Source: Leptospiraceae bacterium (lineage in GTDB: Bacteria; Spirochaetota; Leptospiria; Leptospirales; Leptonemataceae). From it: 64,000 bases of DNA. The stretch is taken from positions 1 to 64,000 of the forward strand of contig JAVJNR010000010.1 of the NCBI GenBank assembly GCA_040217195.1, in the 5' to 3' direction. Below are positions 49,501 through 57,573 of the stretch, in pieces. How positions within the stretch are numbered: the first letter of the stretch is position 1; every line of letters starts with the position of its first letter. The notes under the pieces are model-generated. The model saw only the letters and a program-made list of their open reading frames with translations, was not told the DNA's origin and searched no databases. A program made the translations under genes and the position numbers.

Positions 49501-52500
49501 TGGATAATCGGAACCGATCCAAGAAGCAATACGATGGTCCTCTGTACGATGCCGTGGTAACGAACCCGCCCTACGGCGAAATGGGAGGAAAATACAAGGC
49601 ATCCGAAGGTCGAGGCTGGCAGCGCTATGAGGAATACTTCCTCCATCGCTCCCTCGACACCGTGAAGGAAGGCGGCATAGTTGCCATGGTCGTTCCTTCC
49701 AATTTTCTCCGAAAGGGGAAAACCAAAGCAAAGGAGAAGATATTCAACAAAGCAGAACTCCTGGAAGCCCACCGATTGCCGAATGGCGCTTTTGCCCATA
49801 CGGACATCGGCACGGATCTGATCATACTTAGAAAGAATACTACAGCGCACAAAGACAATGCGATTGCCTTCGGGGATGAATACTTCAAGCGGAACCCGAA
49901 TCATCTTCACGGAGAAGAGTTTGAGACGACAGATCGCTGGGGCAAGCCAGACCTGCGGACAAAGGGCAATATAGATACCTTTCTGAATCATAGACCGGCG
50001 GCCCCGAAGGAAATGTCAAAAGCCCACAAGGATGCAATCTCCAGGGGATTGATCGGAAACCAGAACGCAAAGGGGAAGCACAAGGTAGCCAGTTCAAACC
50101 GGAAGACGGTTAAGAAGAAAGCCGTCCGAAATGCGACGAGAAAAACGAAGAACACGGCGAGAGAAAAGCAGAGTCCTCCCCCGAAGCTCCTGAATCAGGC
50201 GGAGTTCAACAAGAAATACGGGCTGAACTTCAGCGAGTCGGATGTCGAATTGCTGAAAAGCACCAATGCTCTCGGATACATTGACCCCGAGACGCCATTC
50301 GATCCGAAGTCGATGTCATTCCACAATGGCGGTGCAATGCCCGACTACCTGTATGCCACTGGCGATATCTATGAGAAATTGAATCAGCTGGAATCGGACA
50401 GAGAAGAGATCATCGAGAAAGGTGGCCTGCAGCTATACCAGAAGCAGCGCCAGATGCTGGAAGAAGCCATTCCGGAGCAAACCCCGCTGAAGGACGTCGT
50501 TCTGGATCCAATCGACCCTTTCTTCAAGACAGTCACCCTGGAAGACGGAAGTTCCCTTCTCGACCGGTTCAAGGAATGGGTCGGTGATCTGGACTACGAG
50601 ACCTTTATGGACTACGCGGCCTCAGCCAGCGACGTTCGGGCCTACTGTGATGCCATACCTGTCCGGGGCAACAACAAGAGCCTGAATGAGAGGATCCGGC
50701 GAGAACGCCGGGAATTGGCAATGAAGCTGGCAGACAGGTTCGTCAAGGAATCCCTGGGTGAGGCCGAGCAGAGTCAGATCCAGCAGGCCTGGAATGAACG
50801 CTTCAACGCCTACGTTCAGGTGGATCCGGCGAAGGTGCCGATTCCGATTGAGGGATTGAATGAAAAGTTCAAGGGTAAAGACTATGAATTGAGGGATGTC
50901 CAGCATCGATTCATTGCAAATTTCCTTTCAAAAGGAATCGGTTGCGCAGCCCACGAGGTGGGGCTGGGCAAGACCATGACCGGCATTATTGCCACAGTCT
51001 CCAATATGCAAATGGGACGGTCGAAGAGGCCTCTGTTCGTGGTCCCAACCTCAGTATTACCCAATTGGGAGGCCTCCGTTAAATCGCTTTATCCAAATCT
51101 CACGGTGAATACAATCGGCACCCCCGAACTGAATCAAATGACCGAAGGCGGCAAGAAACTCGAGATCGAAGAAGGGTCGGTGACTGTAATGTCTTACGAT
51201 GCGTTCCAGAGGATGGGCTTCAGCGAAGAGCGATTCAATGAACTCACAAAAGACCTCCAGGATGCTCACAAGCCCTATGCAGAAGAACCGGCCACCAAGC
51301 GAGGGAAGGCAAAGAAAGAGGAGGAATATGAAGCCCTGGCATCGAGAGCGAGAACGGGTACGTATAATGAAATACTATTCGACGAAGCGGGCTTTGACTC
51401 TCTGACCGTGGACGAAGCGCACAACTTCAACAATATCTTTGCTGACGTAAAACAGGAGAAGGATCAAGACACCGGGAAGGTCAAGACCCAGGCAAATGAA
51501 TTCTCCGGTATCATTGGAGGGGCGACGAGCGACCGCGGGCTAAAAATGTGGCTGGCAGCCCAGCACGTGCTCAAGTCCAACGACAACCGCAATGTGATGA
51601 TGCTCACAGCCACTCCCTTTACGAACAATCCGCTTCAGGTCTACTCCCTACTCTCCACGATGGCCAGGGAACGCCTCCAGAAGATGGGGATCTACAACGT
51701 AAAGGATTTCGTGGCGGCCTTTGTAGAGACTCAGACCGAAAAGGTACTGGAGCCCAACGGAAAAATCAAAGAGAAACAGACGGTCCGCCGTTTCAAGAAT
51801 GCCCATGCCTTTGCCTCGCTAATCAATGAATTCTTCGATCGAAAGACCGGAGAGGATGCGCATATCAAGCGGCCGGACCTGGTAGAGAAGGAGATCGTTC
51901 TTCCTTCTAACAGGGAAATGGATCAGATCCGCCAGAGCCTGGAGAACTATTACGATATGGCTTTCCACCCCGATCCCGATGAGCGAGATCCCTCCGCTGC
52001 ACTAAGGTCCATGACCATGCAGCAAAACCTGAATATCAGTCCGGCCCTCGTAAACGACTATCAATTCAACGATAACCGACAGGATTTCGTCGAACGCAGT
52101 CCCAAAATGAAATTTGTGGCCAAATCCGCTGCAGAATACTACAAACGGATGAAGGAAGCCCAGGGGAATGCTCCGGGCCAGATCATCTTTCTACCCCGAG
52201 GGGTTGAGTATTTCAATGAAGTGAAGGCTTACATGGTTTCCCAGGGAATCCCGGAGGATGCCATCGAGATCATGACTCCCAAGGAGAAAGGGAAAAAGGC
52301 CAGGAGCAAGGAAGCAAAGGCGAAGGGGCAAAGTCGATTCGAAGAAATCAAGTTCGACTTCAATGATCCGAATGGCAAAACGAAAATCATAATTGGCTCC
52401 GATACGATCCAGGAAGGAGTATCCCTCCAGAAAAATACGGGGGTCATGTATAACTGCAGCCTGGCATGGAATCCGACCTCGAACGAACAAAAAAAGGGCC

Positions 52501-53300
52501 GTGGATGGCGCCAGGGGAACACCCAGGAGCGTTGCCACATGTTCTACCCGGTCATGGAGAACTCCATCGACACAAAGCTGTACCAGAAGCATGCCGAAAA
52601 GGTTTCCCGAATCAACGATATCTTTAAGGCAACTGGATCCCCTTTCATCGAAACCACGGACATCAATCCTGATGAGCTGAAATACGAGATCGTGACCGAC
52701 CCGGAGAAAAAGGCCAGGCTGGTTGCATCGGAAGATGAGACGCAGCGTCTGGCCGCCATCAAGGATAAGACCACCGACCGGAACATTCTCCTATCAACCC
52801 TGAATCGAGCAGAAAATCTGGACCGACGCATTAGGGATGCGGACGAGTCACTGAAGCGGTCGCAGCGCTGGGCCGAAATGTACGGCAAGAACTCGACCCT
52901 TGGCCGCTTCCACGCGGAGGATGTAAACCGCATCAGATCCAGACTCAGTCGATTGAAGCGCGACAAAGAAGAGCATGAGACAATGATGCAGCAGAAAGGC
53001 CTGACCGTGGAGAAGCTCCGTTCTCAAGCGGAGGCTCTGGAAAAAGAGATCGCTCAAATGAAAGCAGATTCAACCAAAAAGAAGGAAGAGCTTGAATCAG
53101 AACTGGTAGAGCGCTACCGACGAGAAAAAGAAGAGTATGAGAAGAGCCGTCCAAACAAATCCATCGACCAGATGGTAGATGAGCATGTCTCAAAGCTGGT
53201 TGACTCTTCCCTCGGGAAGTCGGTATACAAGAGCCGAATATACAGGTTGATTCGTGAAGGAAGAACACATGAACGCAGACATCAAGCAGCAGCTCTTTGA
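46518..53300 (+). CDS. DarB-like polyvalent protein: ParB/Srx + N6-adenine methyltransferase + SNF2 helicase
   Basis: IVSGHHRF...ENVRR; YEGWGG, EFYTP, LEPAAGTG, NPPY; HEVGLGKT, VDEAH, LTATP, GRGWRQGN. Confidence 0.9.
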   Translation: MRRKFLQVLKERMGAAMAGPRSRAHLIRKVITNRRGHKQTVYVRPDKAGSPPSATRKPSQSSSSVAEARKEFQRADAEFSAALEEAYGKQAGDKRYSPGPHPPAVEAAKKKRMEAQKKWHAAQDQARASGKDPLSGAPVESEQSEASNKEKPAPSDGEGKTASDPPPTVLSFVGHDQIRELSQYTDKRNYDRKTIDGIKASILRNGYNPAFPLQVDTDNGTYNIVSGHHRFTAVKELVSEGKLPDNFQIPVIVKQYGSKGDRLMAQMSENVRRTVNPLDEARAIGELTEMGHSVSEIAEKTGMNPGTVRRRKALTGLHSDLQKLIEKKDRSLPVGIAEAIGTHGLNPDGSKNATIQNKAHRFYNANRHRGFGAAEVISYMQELKSQNSDQMWSVDETRTEAEKQAVQSLGSEEKAKRNTAQIDKFLDNVQNSFQRLLGDSIGSLNESTLKELSNSLLATEGESGFRSKMDQLSTLMNDLETVKRTLEQNFNKIKEESSNHSLAFARSMAVIEASQDAIHVLKSVHRETGVIDKTRFLEVLKAKAKGKSARNRAHLVRKVITNKKGHKQTVYVNPDETNQAQAEQIGEFTLKRRGKFIDVLGNLFKESGLYMALNSLTGKKGKPIEGENDQGSIGATYPYSVANYKKIREQLLGVSRGPADNREQDLSPADVRNIPDEIESEVKGDKARSLWKRASERFPNLDAGTFVDHLVEYLLHRDKYEDLFSQHSLFQEPSETPANSAKDSGSKGTVSTPNPAPFRKDLLRFIHEQWSESIQSDPRSIEKAEARYNAAERDLEESAREAYGNRSSDMLEYANSRVHPPEVQEDLDQRNEARVSLLETRKESQIRESRIRASVETGKARVGVKTQHAINEEVRQILKSVPPEKMTEEQKELLRQYEGWGGQTRNDKTDYSGKGLLYEFYTPEKVVNKSWELLKRYIPKGSKILEPAAGTGRFAEGRSDYSFDMLEVDGTSSQIAGILHPDANVRKGQFEELFLDNRNRSKKQYDGPLYDAVVTNPPYGEMGGKYKASEGRGWQRYEEYFLHRSLDTVKEGGIVAMVVPSNFLRKGKTKAKEKIFNKAELLEAHRLPNGAFAHTDIGTDLIILRKNTTAHKDNAIAFGDEYFKRNPNHLHGEEFETTDRWGKPDLRTKGNIDTFLNHRPAAPKEMSKAHKDAISRGLIGNQNAKGKHKVASSNRKTVKKKAVRNATRKTKNTAREKQSPPPKLLNQAEFNKKYGLNFSESDVELLKSTNALGYIDPETPFDPKSMSFHNGGAMPDYLYATGDIYEKLNQLESDREEIIEKGGLQLYQKQRQMLEEAIPEQTPLKDVVLDPIDPFFKTVTLEDGSSLLDRFKEWVGDLDYETFMDYAASASDVRAYCDAIPVRGNNKSLNERIRRERRELAMKLADRFVKESLGEAEQSQIQQAWNERFNAYVQVDPAKVPIPIEGLNEKFKGKDYELRDVQHRFIANFLSKGIGCAAHEVGLGKTMTGIIATVSNMQMGRSKRPLFVVPTSVLPNWEASVKSLYPNLTVNTIGTPELNQMTEGGKKLEIEEGSVTVMSYDAFQRMGFSEERFNELTKDLQDAHKPYAEEPATKRGKAKKEEEYEALASRARTGTYNEILFDEAGFDSLTVDEAHNFNNIFADVKQEKDQDTGKVKTQANEFSGIIGGATSDRGLKMWLAAQHVLKSNDNRNVMMLTATPFTNNPLQVYSLLSTMARERLQKMGIYNVKDFVAAFVETQTEKVLEPNGKIKEKQTVRRFKNAHAFASLINEFFDRKTGEDAHIKRPDLVEKEIVLPSNREMDQIRQSLENYYDMAFHPDPDERDPSAALRSMTMQQNLNISPALVNDYQFNDNRQDFVERSPKMKFVAKSAAEYYKRMKEAQGNAPGQIIFLPRGVEYFNEVKAYMVSQGIPEDAIEIMTPKEKGKKARSKEAKAKGQSRFEEIKFDFNDPNGKTKIIIGSDTIQEGVSLQKNTGVMYNCSLAWNPTSNEQKKGRGWRQGNTQERCHMFYPVMENSIDTKLYQKHAEKVSRINDIFKATGSPFIETTDINPDELKYEIVTDPEKKARLVASEDETQRLAAIKDKTTDRNILLSTLNRAENLDRRIRDADESLKRSQRWAEMYGKNSTLGRFHAEDVNRIRSRLSRLKRDKEEHETMMQQKGLTVEKLRSQAEALEKEIAQMKADSTKKKEELESELVERYRREKEEYEKSRPNKSIDQMVDEHVSKLVDSSLGKSVYKSRIYRLIREGRTHERRHQAAAL
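46584..46655 (+). repeat. Shared 24-aa module, copy 1
   Basis: RAHLIRKVITNRRGHKQTVYVRPD. Confidence 0.95.
48171..48242 (+). repeat. Shared 24-aa module, copy 2
   Basis: RAHLVRKVITNKKGHKQTVYVNPD. Confidence 0.95.
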
Positions 53301-53475
53301 AGCAGTGCAGGTTGATTTCCCACACCTGGCGAGTCTGGGGCCGGATAGGGTCTACGATTCCCTATCCGCAATTTGTATGCAGGAGGGGAAGCCAGTAACG
53401 GTTGAACAAATGCTCCAATACGCAGTGATTCTGGACAACGACCTGGAGATGGACGATCTACAGACCGGAGACTGA
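53269..53475 (+). CDS. Small acidic hypothetical protein
   Basis: AAGGA RBS; overlaps the end of the 2260-aa gene. Confidence 0.65.
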   Translation: MNADIKQQLFEAVQVDFPHLASLGPDRVYDSLSAICMQEGKPVTVEQMLQYAVILDNDLEMDDLQTGD

Positions 53476-53487
53476 ATCGACAGATGC

Positions 53488-53518
53488 CCGATAGCCGTTT
53501 TCCGGCTATAACGGGTCC
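53488..53518 (+). promoter_or_regulatory. Putative leaderless late promoter
   Basis: CCGAT-N14-TATAAC-N6-ATG. Confidence 0.72.
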
Positions 53519-54937
53519 ATGAATGGCATTCATATTCTCAAGGCGGCCAACAGAGCCCATCTGGTCCGCAAAGTCATTACGAATAAGAAAGGCCGCCGCC
53601 AGACCGTTTACGTAAACCCGGAACAAGAAAAGTCGAAAGAAAAAGGTCGAGGCCAGTCTGGTAAGGCATCCGAAAAAAAGACCGGTGACAAGGAAGCCGG
53701 ATCTTCCCGCCCCAACCAGTCTACCCATAACAAAGAATCTCAACCCAGGAACAACGCGCCCGAGAAGAGCGGACAGAATAAAGAGGGCACCCGGAAGAAA
53801 CCGAAAGAACGTAAGTACAAAGACCCGGGGGTTAATCAGATATGGGCTCCTGCCGATGTTGAGGCAGCCAAGGCCCAGGCATTCTACAACATTGTAACCG
53901 ACCCGGACATAGGTGATCCGATACCCCGCCCGGGTCGCTGGAATGAGGGGATTCCGGAGGGGATGCCCTCCGAAACCTGGGAAGAGCACTTCACCGGCCA
54001 TCCAGATGAAGGTGGAGAGCCTAAAGAAAGTCGTGAGTTTCTTCACAAAGTAATCAAGCAGAGATTTCTTGAAGGGAAACCTTCTGTGCCGTCCGGTGAG
54101 AAACCGGTTGCAATAATGATGATGGGTGGCCCGGCATCCGGCAAGTCGACCATGGTTAAGTCCGCTGGCCTGGGTAGTATGGAGGATTTCGTTGTCGCCG
54201 ATGCTGACGCAGTGAAGAACATGATTCCGGAATATCGCGTCGGTGTGAACAACCGATTGAAGCAGGCTGCATCAATGGCACATGAGGAATCCAGCTATCT
54301 GGTGAAGCAGATCCGGGAAGAGGCGATCAATGCCCGGAAGAATCTGGTTATTGATGGTACCGGCTCAAAGACCGCTTCCTACGAAAAGAACATCAAGAAG
54401 CTTCGGGACCAGGGATACGAAATCCAACTGATGATGGCAGATACCCCGATGGATGTGGCCCTGGATCGAGCCAAGCAACGTGCAAGAAAAACCGGCAGAT
54501 ATGTTCCGGATGATGTGCTCAAAGATGCCTATGCAGGGATTCCGAACGGGTTCCAGAAGATCGCAGAGATGGTTGATTCTGCAGCCATCTATGATACAAA
54601 CGTGAAGCTGGGAGAGCCTTCACGGCTTGTCTATACAAAGACGAATGCCGCTGAAACCATCCATGACTCCGAGCACTATTCGAAGTTCCAGAGTAGGATC
54701 GGAAAGTCCTGGCTGTTTCAGATCATCAAGTCCAGACTCTCCCGTGAACAACGAATTGCTGTAACGAAGGGAGGAGAAGATATGCAGGAGAAGAAGCAAA
54801 AGCGAACCGATGACGAGCTACTACAGGCAATGGCCCGCGACGAATGGGACTTCACCGAAGAAGAAATGAAACGAATTGAGGCCATGGAAGACGTGGCGGA
54901 CGAAGGGGAAGGAGTGGAAATGGTAGTGGATGACTGA
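53519..54937 (+). CDS. Zeta-toxin-like P-loop kinase with the N-terminal shared module and an acidic tail
   Basis: MGGPASGKST, DADAVK..IPEY, HEESS, NLVIDGT, R...TGRYVP, YDTN. Confidence 0.88.
   Translation: MNGIHILKAANRAHLVRKVITNKKGRRQTVYVNPEQEKSKEKGRGQSGKASEKKTGDKEAGSSRPNQSTHNKESQPRNNAPEKSGQNKEGTRKKPKERKYKDPGVNQIWAPADVEAAKAQAFYNIVTDPDIGDPIPRPGRWNEGIPEGMPSETWEEHFTGHPDEGGEPKESREFLHKVIKQRFLEGKPSVPSGEKPVAIMMMGGPASGKSTMVKSAGLGSMEDFVVADADAVKNMIPEYRVGVNNRLKQAASMAHEESSYLVKQIREEAINARKNLVIDGTGSKTASYEKNIKKLRDQGYEIQLMMADTPMDVALDRAKQRARKTGRYVPDDVLKDAYAGIPNGFQKIAEMVDSAAIYDTNVKLGEPSRLVYTKTNAAETIHDSEHYSKFQSRIGKSWLFQIIKSRLSREQRIAVTKGGEDMQEKKQKRTDDELLQAMARDEWDFTEEEMKRIEAMEDVADEGEGVEMVVDD
53552..53623 (+). 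repeat. Shared 24-aa module, copy 3
   Basis: RAHLVRKVITNKKGRRQTVYVNPE. Confidence 0.95.
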
Positions 54938-54987
54938 ACCCACTGCCATGGATTTATCCGCTTGAATGATGGAATAGGTTATCCGAC

Positions 54988-56439
54988 ATGTTTGGTCTTG
55001 AAAGCCTTATTAACATACTGAAAGCTCGCGGCGCAGCTCTTGGTGAGATCCACCATTGGGCCAATGGCGATTATATGAAAACTCCGCAGGGCTGGAAGGA
55101 AGTCAAGAAAGACGTCCGGAAGCATCTGGACAAGCTCACAAAACGTATGGCTCCCGCAGACGAGAAGGCCCGCGAACACCGCTTCGCCATGGAGGACCTG
55201 AAGTCCAGGATTGACGGGATCAAGAGCAAACTCAGCGAGCACCCCGATTCAGATTACTACAAAAATGAGCTCAAAGAGGCGGAGAAGCGGCTGATTTTCC
55301 ACAGCGTAAAAGCGGAACAGGTTGGAGGACGTGCCCGGCGCCGGGCCGAGGACTACCTGGATAAGGTTCGCGAGTACCTGAAAGACCATCACGAAACTCA
55401 CATAAACGCCAAGTATGCCGATGCACTGAGAACGTTGGATGAACGGATGGCTTCACTTGAAGAAGGTGGGGATCGTCACAATGAAATAATGGAAAAGCAT
55501 CGAAAGCTGGTAGGCTCTGAATACGAGGATGAGGACGATGCTGAGTCAGCAGCAGAAGATGAGATAGAGATCGAAAGGGAGACGATAGAGGAGAAGCAAA
55601 CAGACCTTCACGACCTGATCTGGGAGAAGGTTGGAAACCGCCATGACCAGATCGATGACCGGTTGGACAAACTGTTGGAGGACAGTGCAGACGACACGCG
55701 GGAAGCGTTTGAAATGCGCCTGGATGACTTCGAGGAAATCAAAGCCCGCTATCCAACCAGCGTAGACCGGGATCCGGATACTCCGATGAGCAAGGTAAGG
55801 GAGAGAATCCGGAAGAATCTCGGTTTTCGCAAAAGGCTGGCCGACAGACTGAACCTGAAATCCAATCTGGGCCGAATGCTCGCAGTATTCAAAGCCGGAA
55901 ACCGGCAGGGTCTTGTGAAGAAGGTCATAACCAATCAGGCAGGCCACCGGCAGACGGTCTGGGTTCGGCCGGACGAAAGCCCCGGCCCTCGCCCCGTAAA
56001 AAAGGATAGTGGCCCATCCTCCAAAAAACCCGGTGCAGGCTCAGTAAAGCGCACAATGGCGCCCCAGCGCGGCGGAATGCCGTCCAAGAAGCCCATGGCG
56101 GCAAAACCGCCCGAAGATCATGTTGTTGTCCAGCAGCGGCATGAGGATTTTGAGAAACGAGCACGGGAGCAGCGAAAACGCAAAGGACCCAATGCAAGCG
56201 TGGAGTCAGCCGATGCTGGCGATATAGTGCAGATTACCAACCCGAAATCCAGAGTACGCAACCAGATAGGGAAAGTGGTTCAGAAACTGGAGGACGGATT
56301 GAAGGTAATGATGGCCAACGGGATTTTCCAGGACTTCACTTTCGATGAACTGGCCTTCGCGAAGTCCCGGCCGCTCGGATTTCGACCGGATGGACTGCAG
56401 ATCCTAAAAGCCCGTATCGAAACCCGATCCGAGAATTGA
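54988..56439 (+). CDS. Multi-module protein: coiled-coil/acidic core, shared module, KOW-like C-terminus
   Basis: ILKARGAALGEIHHWANGDYMKTPQGW; GDIVQITN...QIGKVV. Confidence 0.8.
   Translation: MFGLESLINILKARGAALGEIHHWANGDYMKTPQGWKEVKKDVRKHLDKLTKRMAPADEKAREHRFAMEDLKSRIDGIKSKLSEHPDSDYYKNELKEAEKRLIFHSVKAEQVGGRARRRAEDYLDKVREYLKDHHETHINAKYADALRTLDERMASLEEGGDRHNEIMEKHRKLVGSEYEDEDDAESAAEDEIEIERETIEEKQTDLHDLIWEKVGNRHDQIDDRLDKLLEDSADDTREAFEMRLDDFEEIKARYPTSVDRDPDTPMSKVRERIRKNLGFRKRLADRLNLKSNLGRMLAVFKAGNRQGLVKKVITNQAGHRQTVWVRPDESPGPRPVKKDSGPSSKKPGAGSVKRTMAPQRGGMPSKKPMAAKPPEDHVVVQQRHEDFEKRAREQRKRKGPNASVESADAGDIVQITNPKSRVRNQIGKVVQKLEDGLKVMMANGIFQDFTFDELAFAKSRPLGFRPDGLQILKARIETRSEN
55903..55974 (+). repeat. 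Shared 24-aa module, copy 4
   Basis: RQGLVKKVITNQAGHRQTVWVRPD. Confidence 0.9.
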
Positions 56440-56461
56440 CATCAAGCAACTGGCAGAAAAG

Positions 56462-56791
56462 TTACCCGGCCTTCTGGATTCTTGCCTGGGCCTCCGCCAG
56501 GTGTCGCCTGCGCTCCAGAAAGAGCACCGTACCTCGACCATTGTCGATCTCCGCTTTCCGCATCTCTGCCGCAGAAAGAGTTTCCCTCAGCACTTCGATC
56601 ACTTCGGCCAGATATTCCGCCTCCTGGGCTTCCTGCTCCGCCTGAATCTGCCCAGCAATTTCGGACTGGTGTGCTTCTGCGATCTGGTATGCGTCCTGGC
56701 CATGCTCACGTTTGCGGAATCCCTCTTTGAAATCTCGATCCAGGCTATTCTGGATCAGACGCACCGCACGTTCTGATTCGGTCATTTTCAT
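56462..56791 (-). CDS. Hypothetical helical protein
   Basis: Coiled-coil-like ORF; start uncertain. Confidence 0.55.
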   Translation of the reverse strand: MKMTESERAVRLIQNSLDRDFKEGFRKREHGQDAYQIAEAHQSEIAGQIQAEQEAQEAEYLAEVIEVLRETLSAAEMRKAEIDNGRGTVLFLERRRHLAEAQARIQKAG

Positions 56792-56864
56792 AGTCCGTTT
56801 CCCGGCTTCATGGATCCGCAAAAAAAGACTTTCGATCTTTTCCCGGAAATATCTACCAGAAACT

Positions 56865-57185
56865 CTAACCCTCGACTTCGTAGTCTCTGCTTTCATACCT
56901 TTCCACCTCACTCGAATCGTACTCGATCCCGGCCCATTTCAAAGACTGGATCATTACGGGAAGATTGAGGGCAATGTGCATTACGAGAGCAAACTCCTCA
57001 CGGTCTGGATTCCTCAGTATATCAATCCTTCGCCGTCCGGTGACCTCAGACACTTCGAAAATCGCAGAAGCGATCATATGATCGGTGTCCGGATGACTCT
57101 TGAGCCATCGATGGTTCTCACCGCTCCAAAACACGCGCTTGGCACAATAATTTCGGAGATGAACCAGGTTTCGGCCTTCTGCCAT
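56865..57185 (-). CDS. Hypothetical protein
   Basis: GGGAGG RBS and its own sigma70-like promoter. Confidence 0.65.
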   Translation of the reverse strand: MAEGRNLVHLRNYCAKRVFWSGENHRWLKSHPDTDHMIASAIFEVSEVTGRRRIDILRNPDREEFALVMHIALNLPVMIQSLKWAGIEYDSSEVERYESRDYEVEG

Positions 57186-57204
57186 CGAATCCTCCCACAA
57201 AAAT

Positions 57205-57233
57205 AAAATAGGCGAGCCCGAAACGGTTGTCAA
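57205..57233 (-). promoter_or_regulatory. Sigma70-like promoter
   Basis: TTGACA-17 bp-TATTTT. Confidence 0.6.
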
Positions 57234-57242
57234 CAGTAAATT

Positions 57243-57497
57243 TTACACCGCATCCACGGTGCGAATTTTTTCGGCGATTTGGACCATTGTGGAGGTTCGA
57301 AGTTTCCCCTTTCCAGAACCTTCTCCGCGACGAAGGTTCTGGATATATGCATGAGATACACCCAGACGATCTGCCGCCTCACGGGTCGAGTATGGTTCCA
57401 GGTGAAGGGTAATCCATTCTTGCAGGCGAGTCCGCAGAGACTCCAGCTTTCGCTCTGTAGCATCCACTTCTTTCAGGATCTTGTCCAGATCATCCAT
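57243..57497 (-). CDS. Small HTH regulator
   Basis: STREAADRLGVSHAYIQNLRRG. Confidence 0.8.
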   Translation of the reverse strand: MDDLDKILKEVDATERKLESLRTRLQEWITLHLEPYSTREAADRLGVSHAYIQNLRRGEGSGKGKLRTSTMVQIAEKIRTVDAV

Positions 57498-57504
57498 CGA
57501 GACA

Positions 57505-57550
57505 ATTCTAACAATGACAGGGCACTCCGTAAACAGTCTTTTTTACAGAG
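57505..57550 (-). promoter_or_regulatory. Leaderless sigma70-like promoter with overlapping inverted repeat
   Basis: TTTACG-17 bp-TAGAAT-7 nt-ATG; CTCCGTAAA-N8-TTTACAGAG dyad. Confidence 0.6.
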
Positions 57551-57573
57551 CCCTTGGAGAGCTTCATTCGTGA

